From positions 832,173 through 896,172 of the forward strand of contig OY970149.1 in assembly GCA_963706095.1 (NCBI GenBank): a stretch of 64,000 bases of DNA, in the 5' to 3' direction. Position numbers and translations under genes: made by a program. Shown here piece by piece: positions 46,083 to 54,203 of this stretch. Every line of letters starts with the position of its first letter. Within the stretch, counting starts at the first letter, position 1. The notes beneath the pieces were generated by a model. It had not been told where the DNA came from. It did not search any database and worked only from the letters and a program-made list of their open reading frames with translations. The DNA is from an uncultured Chloroflexia bacterium. Its GTDB lineage: Bacteria > Chloroflexota > Limnocylindria > Limnocylindrales > CSP1-4.

Positions 46083-47024
46083 GTGACCAGCACCACACCG
46101 GCCACTCCGCTGACAGTCGGCGACCTGCGCGGTAGCGCTGCACGACGACGCCGCGAGACGATCATTCGCGGCGCCTTCCTCGTCGCGGCATCGACCGCGG
46201 TCGTCATCTCGCTGCTCATCGTCCTGACGCTGATCGGCGAGGCGATCGCCTTCATCACCGAGGTCGACGTAGCGAGCCTGCTCGGCCTGTCCTGGCAGCC
46301 GCGGGCAGATGACTTCGGCGTCGTGTCGCTCATCGGCGGCACGTTCATCATCGCCGGCATCGCGATGCTCGTGGCCGCGCCGCTCGGGCTCGGCGCGGCG
46401 ATCTATCCTGGCCGAGTACGCCAGCCCACGAGTGCGTCGGCTGGTCAAGCCGATCCTCGAGATCCTGGCGGCCATCCCGAGCGTCGTGCTCGGATTCTTC
46501 GCCTTGACGGTCCTGTCGCCGACGCTGATCAACCCGATCTGTCCCGGTCCCACGCCGATCTTCAACATGGCGGCGGCCGGACTCGCGGTGGGCATCCTGA
46601 TCACGCCGCTGATCGCGTCGATCGCCGAGGACGCCATGTATGCCGTGCCGAGACTCGCAGCGCGAGGCGTCGTACGGGCTGGGCGCGCGCAAGCGCGTTA
46701 CCAGCCTGCGCATCGTCTTCCCGGCCGCCGTCTCGGGCATCGTTGCCTCGCTCATCGTCGGGTTCTCGCGCGCGCTCGGCGAGACGATGATCGTGTCGAT
46801 CGTCGCCGGCGGCGTTGGCGGCGCGGTGCTTCAACCTCAACCCGTGCCTGCCCGGCCAGACGATGACCGCGGCGATGACCGCGCTGGCCGTCGGCTCCGA
46901 CCAGGCCGGCGGCGGCATCGTCACGTCGAGCCTCTTCTTCGTCGGGCTGCTGCTCTTCGTGCTGACCCTGGCTCTGAACCTCATCAGCGAGCGCTTCGTG
47001 CGCCGGGTCAGGGCGGCCCTCTGA
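46083..47024 (+). pseudogene. pstC: Phosphate ABC transporter permease; 3 +1 shifts
   Basis: Fragments 46083, 46309, 46640 and 46815 (frames 0>1>2>0): LAEYASPRVRRLVKPILEILAAIPSVVLGFF, EASYGLGARKRVT, RALGETM, LFVLTLALNLISERF. Confidence 0.8.
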
Positions 47025-47026
47025 TG

Positions 47027-47980
47027 TCAGTCTTCGCGCCGACCTCCACCCCGGCCACCGCGGCGGCCGTCCAGCGTGCACTGACCGGCCAGCGTCGGCC
47101 GGTGGGCGAGTACGTCTTCCAGGGGCTGTCTGTTCGCATCGCTGCTCATCGCGCTGGGCGTCCTGGTCTGGCTGCTGATCGACATCTTCATGCGTTCGCT
47201 GCCGGTCTGGCAGGATCGCGGCGTCCAGGAGCTTCGTCGGCTCGCAACCTGTCGTCCGACCCGGAAAAGGCGGGCATCGCCCAGGGCCTCTTCGGCTCGG
47301 TGATGCTGATGGTCATCTCGACGGGCCTGGTCATTCCGATCGGCGTCGCCGCGGCGATCTACCTCGAGGAGTACGCGACCGACAACCGCGCTGACGCGTC
47401 TGCTGAACACGACCGTCCGCAACCTGGCCGGCGTGCCGGCCGTCGTCTACGGGCTGCTCGGCCTGTCGGTGTTCGTGGCCCTCATGGACCGCGAAGACCT
47501 GAACAACGGCCGCAACCTGCTCGCCGGCGGCCTGACGCTGGCGATCGTCGTCCTGCCCATCGTGATCATCACCGCCGCCGAGGCACTGCGCTCGGTGCCG
47601 CGGTCGATCCGCGAGGCCGGCTTCGGGGTCGGTGCGACCAAGTGGGAGGTAGTGCGCAGCCACGTGCTGCCGTACGCCGCGCCGGGCATCTTCACCGGCA
47701 TCATCCTGACCATCGCCCGTGCCTTCGGCGAGACCGCGCCGCTGCTGTTGGTCGGCGCCGCGGCCGCCGGCTTCGGCCAGGCGGCCAGCGCCACGATCGT
47801 CGAGCAGGCTCCTCGGTCCGTACACGGCGCTGCCGACGACGATCTACAGCTGGGCGACGCCAGCCCCAGGAGGAGTTCAAGGCGCTCACCGCGGCGGCCA
47901 TCGTCGTGCTGCTCGCGGTCGTCTTGCTCATCAACGCCATAGCCATCATCCTGCGGAACAGATATGAACGAAGGTGGTGA
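47027..47980 (+). pseudogene. pstA: Phosphate ABC transporter permease; about 6 +1 shifts
   Basis: LLIALGVLVWLLIDIF, AGIAQGLFGSVMLM, AAIYLEEYA, NLAGVPAVVYGLLG, REAGFGVGATKWEV, RAFGETAPLL and ILRNRYERRW lie in frames 2>0>1>2>0>1>2. Confidence 0.8.
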
Positions 47981-48854
47981 TCCCGTGACCCTCGAGAGCC
48001 CCGTCCGACCCGAGTCGGTGGCGGAGCTGGAGCAGCACATCAAGGTGGCAGCCGTCCCGGCCGCGGCCGAGGCGCCCATCGCCGGACCACCGCCGGTCTT
48101 CGAGCTGCAGAACTTCAGCGCGTACTACGGCACGTTCCGGGCCATCAAGGACATTCGACGCCTGGATCCAGCCGAACCAGATCACGGCGTTCATCGGACC
48201 TTCGGGCAGCGGCAAGAGCACCGTGCTGCGCTGGCTGAATCGAATGAACGACCTCGTGCCCGGGCGCTCACATGAGCGGCAGCGTCCTCTACCACGGTGT
48301 CGATCTGTTCGACAAGCGCGTCGATGCGGTCGAGGTGCGGCGGCGCATCGGCATGGTCTTCCAGAAGCCCAACCCCTTCCCCAAGTCGATCTACGACAAC
48401 GTCGCCTTCGGGCCACGCGTCGCCGGCTACAAGGGCAAGATGGACGACCTGGTCGAGGAATCGCTCCGCCGCGCAGCGATCTGGGACGAGGTCAAGGACA
48501 AGCTCAAGCAGCCCGGCACAGCGCTCTCGGGCGGCCAGCAACAACGCCTGTGCATCGCCCGCGCCATCGCCGTGTCAGCCGGACGTGATCCTGATGGACG
48601 AGCCGTGCTCGGCGCTCGATCCGGTGGCGACGCTCAAGATCGAGGAGCTCATGTTCGAGCTCAAGGAGAACTACACGATCGTGATCGTGACCCACAACAT
48701 GCAGCAGGCGGCGCGCGCGTCGGACGAGACGCTGTTCATGACGATGGGCGAGGACCGCGCCGGCTACCTGGTCGAGACCGGACCAACAACCGAGATCTTC
48801 ACCAACCCCAAGCAGCAACTGACCGAGGACTACGTGTCCGGCCGGTTCGGCTGA
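47964..48854 (+). pseudogene. pstB: Phosphate ABC transporter ATP-binding protein; 3 +1 shifts
   Basis: [25 protein letters not shown] (frame 1), [21 protein letters not shown]...[17 protein letters not shown] (frame 2), [13 protein letters not shown]...[17 protein letters not shown] (frame 0). Confidence 0.85.
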
Positions 48855-48864
48855 GGAGGGAGTC

Positions 48865-49666
48865 ATGGACCAGAGCGAAAACAACCACGACGCGTCGGAC
48901 TCGGCCATCGAGAGCTCGACCCCCGCAGCCGTCTCGCTGATCGAGGGCGACGTCGTCGCCCCGACGGCCGAGATCGACCTCTCCGTCCGCGGCATACGCC
49001 CGCATTACGCGTCGCGCGACGTGCTCGACCGCGAGCTGCGCGAGATCAAGGACGAGGTCCTGCGCATGGGCAGCCTCGTCGCGAGCCAGATCAGCCTCGC
49101 GATCGAAGCGCTGGTCGAGCACGACACCGAAAAGGCCATGGCCACGATCGTCGGTGACGGCCGCATCAACGAGGCGCAGCGCCACGTCGCGACACTGATC
49201 ACGACGACGATCGCGACCCAGCAGCCTGTCGCGCGCGACCTGCGCTTCCTGCTGGCGTTGGACCACGTGACGTACGAGCTCGAGCGCATGGGCGACCATG
49301 CCGCTTCTGTCGCCAAGCAGGCGCGCAAGCTGGCACCGCAGCCGCCGCTGAGGCGCTACGTCGATCTGCCCACGATGGGCGACCCTGGCCGCCGAGCAGG
49401 TTCGCGGCGTGCTGCGCGCCCTGGTCGATCTCGACGTCGTCGTCGCCCGCGAGGTCGCGGCCATAGATGACGAGATCGACCGGCTCTACCACGCGATCTT
49501 CGAGGAGGTCCTCGAGCTGATGCGCGCCGACCCGGAAAACGTTGACCGGGGCACGCGTGTGCTATTCGCCGCGCACTACCTCGAGCGCATCGGCGATCGT
49601 GTCACCAACATCGCCGAAGACGTCGTCTTTCTCGCCACGGGAGACGTCGAAGACCTGAACCCGTGA
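48865..49666 (+). pseudogene. phoU: Phosphate signalling complex protein PhoU; one +1 shift near 49385
   Basis: Two PhoU repeats (INEAQRHV.., ARDLRFLLALDHVTYELERMGDHA; AIDDEIDRLY.., AHYLERIGDRVTNIAE) split between ORFs 48865-49470 and 49409-49666. Confidence 0.8.
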
Positions 49667-50121
49667 GCGGCAACGGGTCTCACGCGCCGATCCGGGTGCT
49701 GTTCGTGTGCACCGGCAACTCAGCTCGCTCGCTAATGGCCGAGGCACTGTTGCGTCACCACGGCGGCGCCGCATTCGAGGTGTTCTCAGCAGGCACGGAG
49801 CCCAAGGGCGTCAATCCGCTGACCGTGCGGACACTTGAGGAAGCGGGCCTGCCGACCCACGAGCTCAACTCGAAGCCGGTCGAACAATTCCTTGGTCAGA
49901 GCTTCGACTATGTCGTAACCGTCTGCGACCAGGCGCGCCAGTCGTGCCCGGTGTTTCCGGGTAGCCAGCAGGCTCTGCACTGGGGCTACGAGGATCCCGC
50001 CGACGCGACTGGGAGCGAAGAGGAGCGGATGGCCGTCTTCCGTTCCGTCTTCACGCAGCTAGGTCAACGGATCAGTCAGTTCGTGATCATCGCCCGCCGT
50101 GGTTCCGAAGCCGTCGCCTAG
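49663..50121 (+). CDS. arsC: Arsenate reductase, thioredoxin-coupled LMW-PTP family
   Basis: P-loop VLFVCTGNSARS, second Cys pair VTVCDQARQSCPVFPG. The GTG overlaps the phoU stop (GTGA). Confidence 0.7.
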   Translation: MSGNGSHAPIRVLFVCTGNSARSLMAEALLRHHGGAAFEVFSAGTEPKGVNPLTVRTLEEAGLPTHELNSKPVEQFLGQSFDYVVTVCDQARQSCPVFPGSQQALHWGYEDPADATGSEEERMAVFRSVFTQLGQRISQFVIIARRGSEAVA

Positions 50122-50384
50122 GACGCGATCTGGCGATCCCTAAACCGAAGCTTGAAATCGACCCGCGTGATCACTTCGTGTGCGGCCTCTATCTGGGTCC
50201 GGCATCTGTCGAGCTGCTCCTTCGTCGCGGAGCTCGTGTCAGTCAAGTCCTGATACATGTCGCGCAGGCTCATGACCGCGCGGCGCACGCCCTCATGGTC
50301 GGGGTCGATGCGCGGCAGGTCGCGCAGCAACCGCTCGCCCTCACGCCACTCCGCCAGAGCCCGCTCGACGAGTTGAGCCGGCAT
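50118..50384 (-). CDS. Small helical protein, W-R-x-G-E-R-L-L family (paralog of 16070-16549 N-terminus)
   Basis: Internal Met MPAQLVERALAEWREGERLLRDLP..DHEGVRRAV.S....Y..LT.TSS. About 40 percent identity by eye to the 16-kb copy over about 75 aa. Confidence 0.45.
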   Translation of the reverse strand: MPAQLVERALAEWREGERLLRDLPRIDPDHEGVRRAVMSLRDMYQDLTDTSSATKEQLDRCRTQIEAAHEVITRVDFKLRFRDRQIAS

Positions 50385-50476
50385 GTTGCCCTTCCCTCCA
50401 CCTCCGCGACTCGGCACCACGGGGGCCCTTATTGGCACGATTGTCAGTCGGCTGTCAAGAACAATACCCTTGCCGG

Positions 50477-50983
50477 GTGGATGCACCCGACGAGATCACC
50501 GAGCTCGAGATCTACCTGCTCCGGCACGCCCATGCGGGCGACTCTGCGGCCTGGAACGGGCCCGACTCCGAGCGACCGCTCAGCCCCAAGGGTCGAAGGC
50601 AGGCCCACAACCTGGGCCAATTCCTGGCTGACCGCGCTTTTGCCGCGGATGCGATCGTGAGCAGCCCCAAGGTACGGGCGCGTCAGACCGCCGAGCTTGT
50701 TGCCGACGCCCTGGGCATCGGCGTCACCCTCGACGAGCGGCTGGGTGGTGCCCTGGACCTTGATGTCCTTGGTGCGCTCCTCGATGCCACCGGCGGGACG
50801 AGCGTCGTGCTCGTCGGCCACGATCCCGACTTCACCGAGCTGGCGATGGGCCTGACCGGCGCTGCTTACCTGCCCATGAAGAAGGGCGCGCTGGCGCGCA
50901 TCGATACCTCCCTGCCGATCCAGCCCGGCGCCGGCATCCTGCGCTGGCTGCTGCCCCCGGACCTCATCGCCGACCGGCTCTAG
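50477..50983 (+). CDS. Histidine phosphatase superfamily protein, SixA-like
   Basis: LEIYLLRHAHAG (RHA/RHG motif), SPKVRARQTAE, VLVGHDPDF. The start is uncertain (GTG 50477 or TTG 50432). Confidence 0.65.
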   Translation: MDAPDEITELEIYLLRHAHAGDSAAWNGPDSERPLSPKGRRQAHNLGQFLADRAFAADAIVSSPKVRARQTAELVADALGIGVTLDERLGGALDLDVLGALLDATGGTSVVLVGHDPDFTELAMGLTGAAYLPMKKGALARIDTSLPIQPGAGILRWLLPPDLIADRL

Positions 50984-50997
50984 CTCCTCGCGGGATC

Positions 50998-51630
50998 ATG
51001 TTCGAGGCCGTCCTGGCCGGCGCGCTGGCCGGCTACGCCATCGCGATCCCGGTCGGCGCAATCGCCGTCCTGATCATCGAAACGGGCTTGAGCCACGGCC
51101 TGCGCGCCGGCCTTGCCGCGGCCGCTGGAGCGGCTTCGGCCGATCTCATCTACGCCACGCTCGCGGCTTTCGCCGGCCTGTTCATCACCTCGCTGATATC
51201 CGGTTTAGTCGTCCCGCTCCAGATCGTGGGCGGCGCCGTGCTCATCGGCTTTGGTGTGCGCGGCCTGCTGGCCCTTCGTTCGGCACGCGAGACGCTGGCG
51301 CCGATGGAGGCACGCGAACAGGGGCGGCGGTCGCACCGCCGCACCTATGCACAGGTGTTGGCGCTGACGCTGCTCAACCCGGCCACGGTCATCTACTTCA
51401 CGGCGCTGACGGTGGGCCTGCCCTTCCTCGGCGGCCTCGCCGAGCGGCTCGCGTTCGCGCTCGCCGCGTTTCTCGCGTCGCTGTCCTGGCAGGTGCTGCT
51501 CGCGCTGTTCGGAGCCACCCTCGGCCGGCATAGCGGTCACCGGCTACGGCGCGCCACGGCAGCCGTTGGCAACGGCGTGATCATCGTCATGGGCGCGCTA
51601 ATCCTGGCTGGCCCGTTCGGGGCAGGCTGA
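50998..51630 (+). CDS. LysE/RhtB-family amino-acid exporter
   Basis: 210 aa, six hydrophobic segments. G.A.GYAIA.PVG.I, LLNPATVIYF motif. Confidence 0.65.
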   Translation: MFEAVLAGALAGYAIAIPVGAIAVLIIETGLSHGLRAGLAAAAGAASADLIYATLAAFAGLFITSLISGLVVPLQIVGGAVLIGFGVRGLLALRSARETLAPMEAREQGRRSHRRTYAQVLALTLLNPATVIYFTALTVGLPFLGGLAERLAFALAAFLASLSWQVLLALFGATLGRHSGHRLRRATAAVGNGVIIVMGALILAGPFGAG

Positions 51631-52762
51631 CGAAGAAGGTCGAACCCTGTCCTTCGCGGCTCTCGGCCCACACCCGACCGCCGTGACGCTCAGCGATGTG
51701 GCGCGCGATGGACAAACCCAGGCCGGTACCGCCGACGCCCCTGACGCGCGCCCGATCGGCCTTGTAGAAACGCTCGAAGATCCGTTCGAGGTCCTGCTTG
51801 TTGATACCGACACCTGAGTCCTCGACCTCGATCATGACTTGCTCCGCAGCGGGCTGGATGCGCACCCGGACGTCGCCGCCATCCGGAGAGAACTTGATCG
51901 CGTTGTGGACGAAGTTCAACAACAGCTGCCCGATCCGCTCCTCGTCAGCGCTGACGCTGCGCTCCTCGATGTTGGCCGGCATCTCACCGCGCAGGCTGAC
52001 GCCCTGGCGCTCGGCATACAGGCGCAGACGCTCGAGCGTCTCCTCGACCACCCGCCCCAGATCGACTTCCTCGAGTCGCAGCGGGGTATCGCCCTGTTCG
52101 ATCTTCGAGAGCTCGAGCAGCTCGGTGACCATCTGCGCCAGGTGACCGGTCTCGACGTCGATCTTGGCGATCGAATCGCGCACTCGATCGGGTAGCTCGG
52201 TCCGCTCGGCCTCCATCGAGAGCGACTCGGTCAGCAGGCGCACGGTCGTCAGCGGCGTCCGCAGCTCGTGCGAGAGGTTGTCGACGAACTCGGTTCGAAT
52301 GCGCTGAAGTCGGCGCAGCTCGGACACATCCTCGAGCGCGACCCACGTAGCTGAGTCCGGGCCGCTCCAGGCGTGAACCCGCAGGGTTCGCTGCGGCTCG
52401 CCAGCGGTTGAGATCTCCGAGCTGGCACGCGCCTCGCGCCGAGCTTTGGCGACGAGCTCCTCGACCGTGTGATCTATGAAGGCTTCCATCGTCGAGCGGC
52501 CAACGAGGCCGCCGGGTCGGTTGCCGAGCATCGTTTCGGCCGTCCGATTGGCGGCCGCGATGCGGGCCTCGGCATCGAGCACCATCAGTCCGATGTTCAG
52601 CTGGTCCGCGGGCAGAAGCCGGTCGTCGTAGTCGACAGCTGCCATCGGCGGGGCCTGCGAAGGGGCCAATGACGTAGACCGTCGTCGAGCCAGGACGGCG
52701 CCGATGGCGAGCCCGGCCACGCCCGTAGCGAGGCCCAGGATGAGCGCCAGCTCGACTGGCAC
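51587..52762 (-). CDS. senX3: Sensor histidine kinase, SenX3/PhoR-like (TM-PAS-HisKA-HATPase)
   Basis: One N-terminal TM, a PAS-like segment, H-box FVDNLSHELRTPLT, N-box HNAIKFSP, G-boxes DSGVGI and GGTGLGLSIA. Confidence 0.7.
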   Translation of the reverse strand: MPVELALILGLATGVAGLAIGAVLARRRSTSLAPSQAPPMAAVDYDDRLLPADQLNIGLMVLDAEARIAAANRTAETMLGNRPGGLVGRSTMEAFIDHTVEELVAKARREARASSEISTAGEPQRTLRVHAWSGPDSATWVALEDVSELRRLQRIRTEFVDNLSHELRTPLTTVRLLTESLSMEAERTELPDRVRDSIAKIDVETGHLAQMVTELLELSKIEQGDTPLRLEEVDLGRVVEETLERLRLYAERQGVSLRGEMPANIEERSVSADEERIGQLLLNFVHNAIKFSPDGGDVRVRIQPAAEQVMIEVEDSGVGINKQDLERIFERFYKADRARVRGVGGTGLGLSIARHIAERHGGRVWAESREGQGSTFFVSLPRTGQPGLARP

Positions 52763-52769
52763 GGACCGC

Positions 52770-53471
52770 CTAGCGCCGCAGCACGTAGCCGACGCCGCGC
52801 ACCGTCTGGAGCACGGTCGGCTGTTGCGGCTCGGGCTCTATCTCAGCGCGCAGCCAGTGCACGTGGACATCCACGGTGCGCGTCTCGCCGGCGTAGTCGT
52901 AGCCCCACACGTCGGCCAGCAGCTGCTCGCGGCTGAAGACCTGGCCCGGGTGGCGCATCAGGAAGGCCAGGAGCTCGAACGCTTTGGGCTTCATCGGTCG
53001 AACCTCACCGTCGCGCAGCAATCGGTGGCCGGCAAGATCGACCGTGGCCACACCAACCGCTTGCAGCTCGGTCTGGGCATCGGCGGTGGCCGCGGTCTGC
53101 GGGGAGCGCTCGGCTCTGCGCAACAGCCCGCGAACCCTGGCCTGCAGCTCGCGCAGGCTGAACGGCTTGGTGACGTAATCGTCCGCGCCGAGCTCGAGGC
53201 CTACGACCTTGTCGACCTCGCTGCCGCGCGCCGTCAGCATCAGCACGGGCACGTCCGACTCGCGCCGGATGATGCGCAGGACCTCCGTCCCCGAGAGCTG
53301 CGGCAACATGACGTCAAGAAGGATCAGCTCAGGCTTGTCAGCGCGGAATCGCGCCAGCGCCTCGGCGCCGTCCGATGCCTGGACGACGCTGAAGCCATCC
53401 TGTTCGAGCTGATAGGCGAGCTCCTCGCGGAGCGTGTCCTCGTCCTCGACGACGAGAACCGTTTGTGGCAA
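52770..53471 (-). CDS. regX3: OmpR/PhoB-family response regulator, RegX3-like
   Basis: VLVVEDED, LILLDVMLP, KVVGLELGADDYVTKPFS.REL, winged-helix TVDVHV.WLR.KIE...L.TVRGVGY. Close by eye to mycobacterial RegX3. Confidence 0.75.
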   Translation of the reverse strand: MPQTVLVVEDEDTLREELAYQLEQDGFSVVQASDGAEALARFRADKPELILLDVMLPQLSGTEVLRIIRRESDVPVLMLTARGSEVDKVVGLELGADDYVTKPFSLRELQARVRGLLRRAERSPQTAATADAQTELQAVGVATVDLAGHRLLRDGEVRPMKPKAFELLAFLMRHPGQVFSREQLLADVWGYDYAGETRTVDVHVHWLRAEIEPEPQQPTVLQTVRGVGYVLRR

Positions 53472-53481
53472 GGCCGGTTGC

Positions 53482-53922
53482 CTAGGCCGGCCGTGCGGGC
53501 GGCGTGCCGCCCGCCTCGCGGATCATCGTCTCGATCGACTCTCGCCGGAACTGGCGGTTCTGTATCCAGTACTCGGTGAAGTCGGTGCACTCGCCGGCGT
53601 CGTTGAAGCGGCACAGGTACACGTTCCAGTACTCGTCCTCCGGCGCGCCGCCCGGTCCGTCGAGATAGCGGCTCCAGCCGGTCGCGACATGAACGTCGCC
53701 ATCGATCGCCGCGACCTCGTAGCTGGCGTCATAAGTGCCCTTTTTATCGGGCTCCTCAGTCCAATCCTTGACAATCGCCTCGCGTCCGACGATGGCCTCG
53801 TCCTGGGGATGGTGGCGGTAGCGCGCGTCCTCGCTGAAGAGGTCGCCGATCTCTGCCGGGTCGTACGACTTCCACGCCTCGACGTAGCGGTCGAGCCAGC
53901 CCTGGAACTGTTGTCGATCCAC
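53482..53922 (-). CDS. NTF2-like/SnoaL-like domain protein
   Basis: WLDRYVEAWKSYDPAEIGDLFSEDARY... is the typical SnoaL_2/NTF2 fold start. GTG start with AGGAGA RBS. It lies 10 nt upstream of the regX3-like gene. Confidence 0.55.
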   Translation of the reverse strand: MDRQQFQGWLDRYVEAWKSYDPAEIGDLFSEDARYRHHPQDEAIVGREAIVKDWTEEPDKKGTYDASYEVAAIDGDVHVATGWSRYLDGPGGAPEDEYWNVYLCRFNDAGECTDFTEYWIQNRQFRRESIETMIREAGGTPPARPA

Positions 53923-54203
53923 GTCGTTTCTCCTGCTTTGCCGCTCACTGTCGAACAGTGTGATAGTAACCTATTAAGTCGGTTTGTATGGTTACATCTG
54001 CGCATCGCTGGGACGATGACACGCTATGAGTGTTATCCGACCGCCAAGCGGCTATCTAGACAAGCGGTCGACCCATGGAAGGCGTCCTTCGGGCTGTTTT
54101 CGCCCGTCTTGTGCGGCTGAACGCCCACCTGAGGCGTTTCTGCGCCCCAAATGAGGTGTCCCGATGCCGGAATCTGATCTGAAGTCATGCGCCAGCGGTC
54201 GTT

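Noticed and set aside
40655-49666. Genuine pseudogenisation of ppk1/pstSCAB, or programmed +1 frameshifting or transcriptional slippage rescuing them.
   Set aside because: Nearly all changes are single extra bases. The intervening peptide sequence is undegraded, with no premature stops within the correct frames. I could not see a shared slippery motif or long homopolymer at the junctions. Consensus error is more parsimonious. It is kept as a finding because only read data can settle it.
53923-54203. Possible tRNA or small RNA gene downstream of gltX.
   Set aside because: I saw no T-loop (GGTTCGAAT-like) or cloverleaf-compatible segments on either strand. A covariance-model scan would be needed to exclude other ncRNAs.
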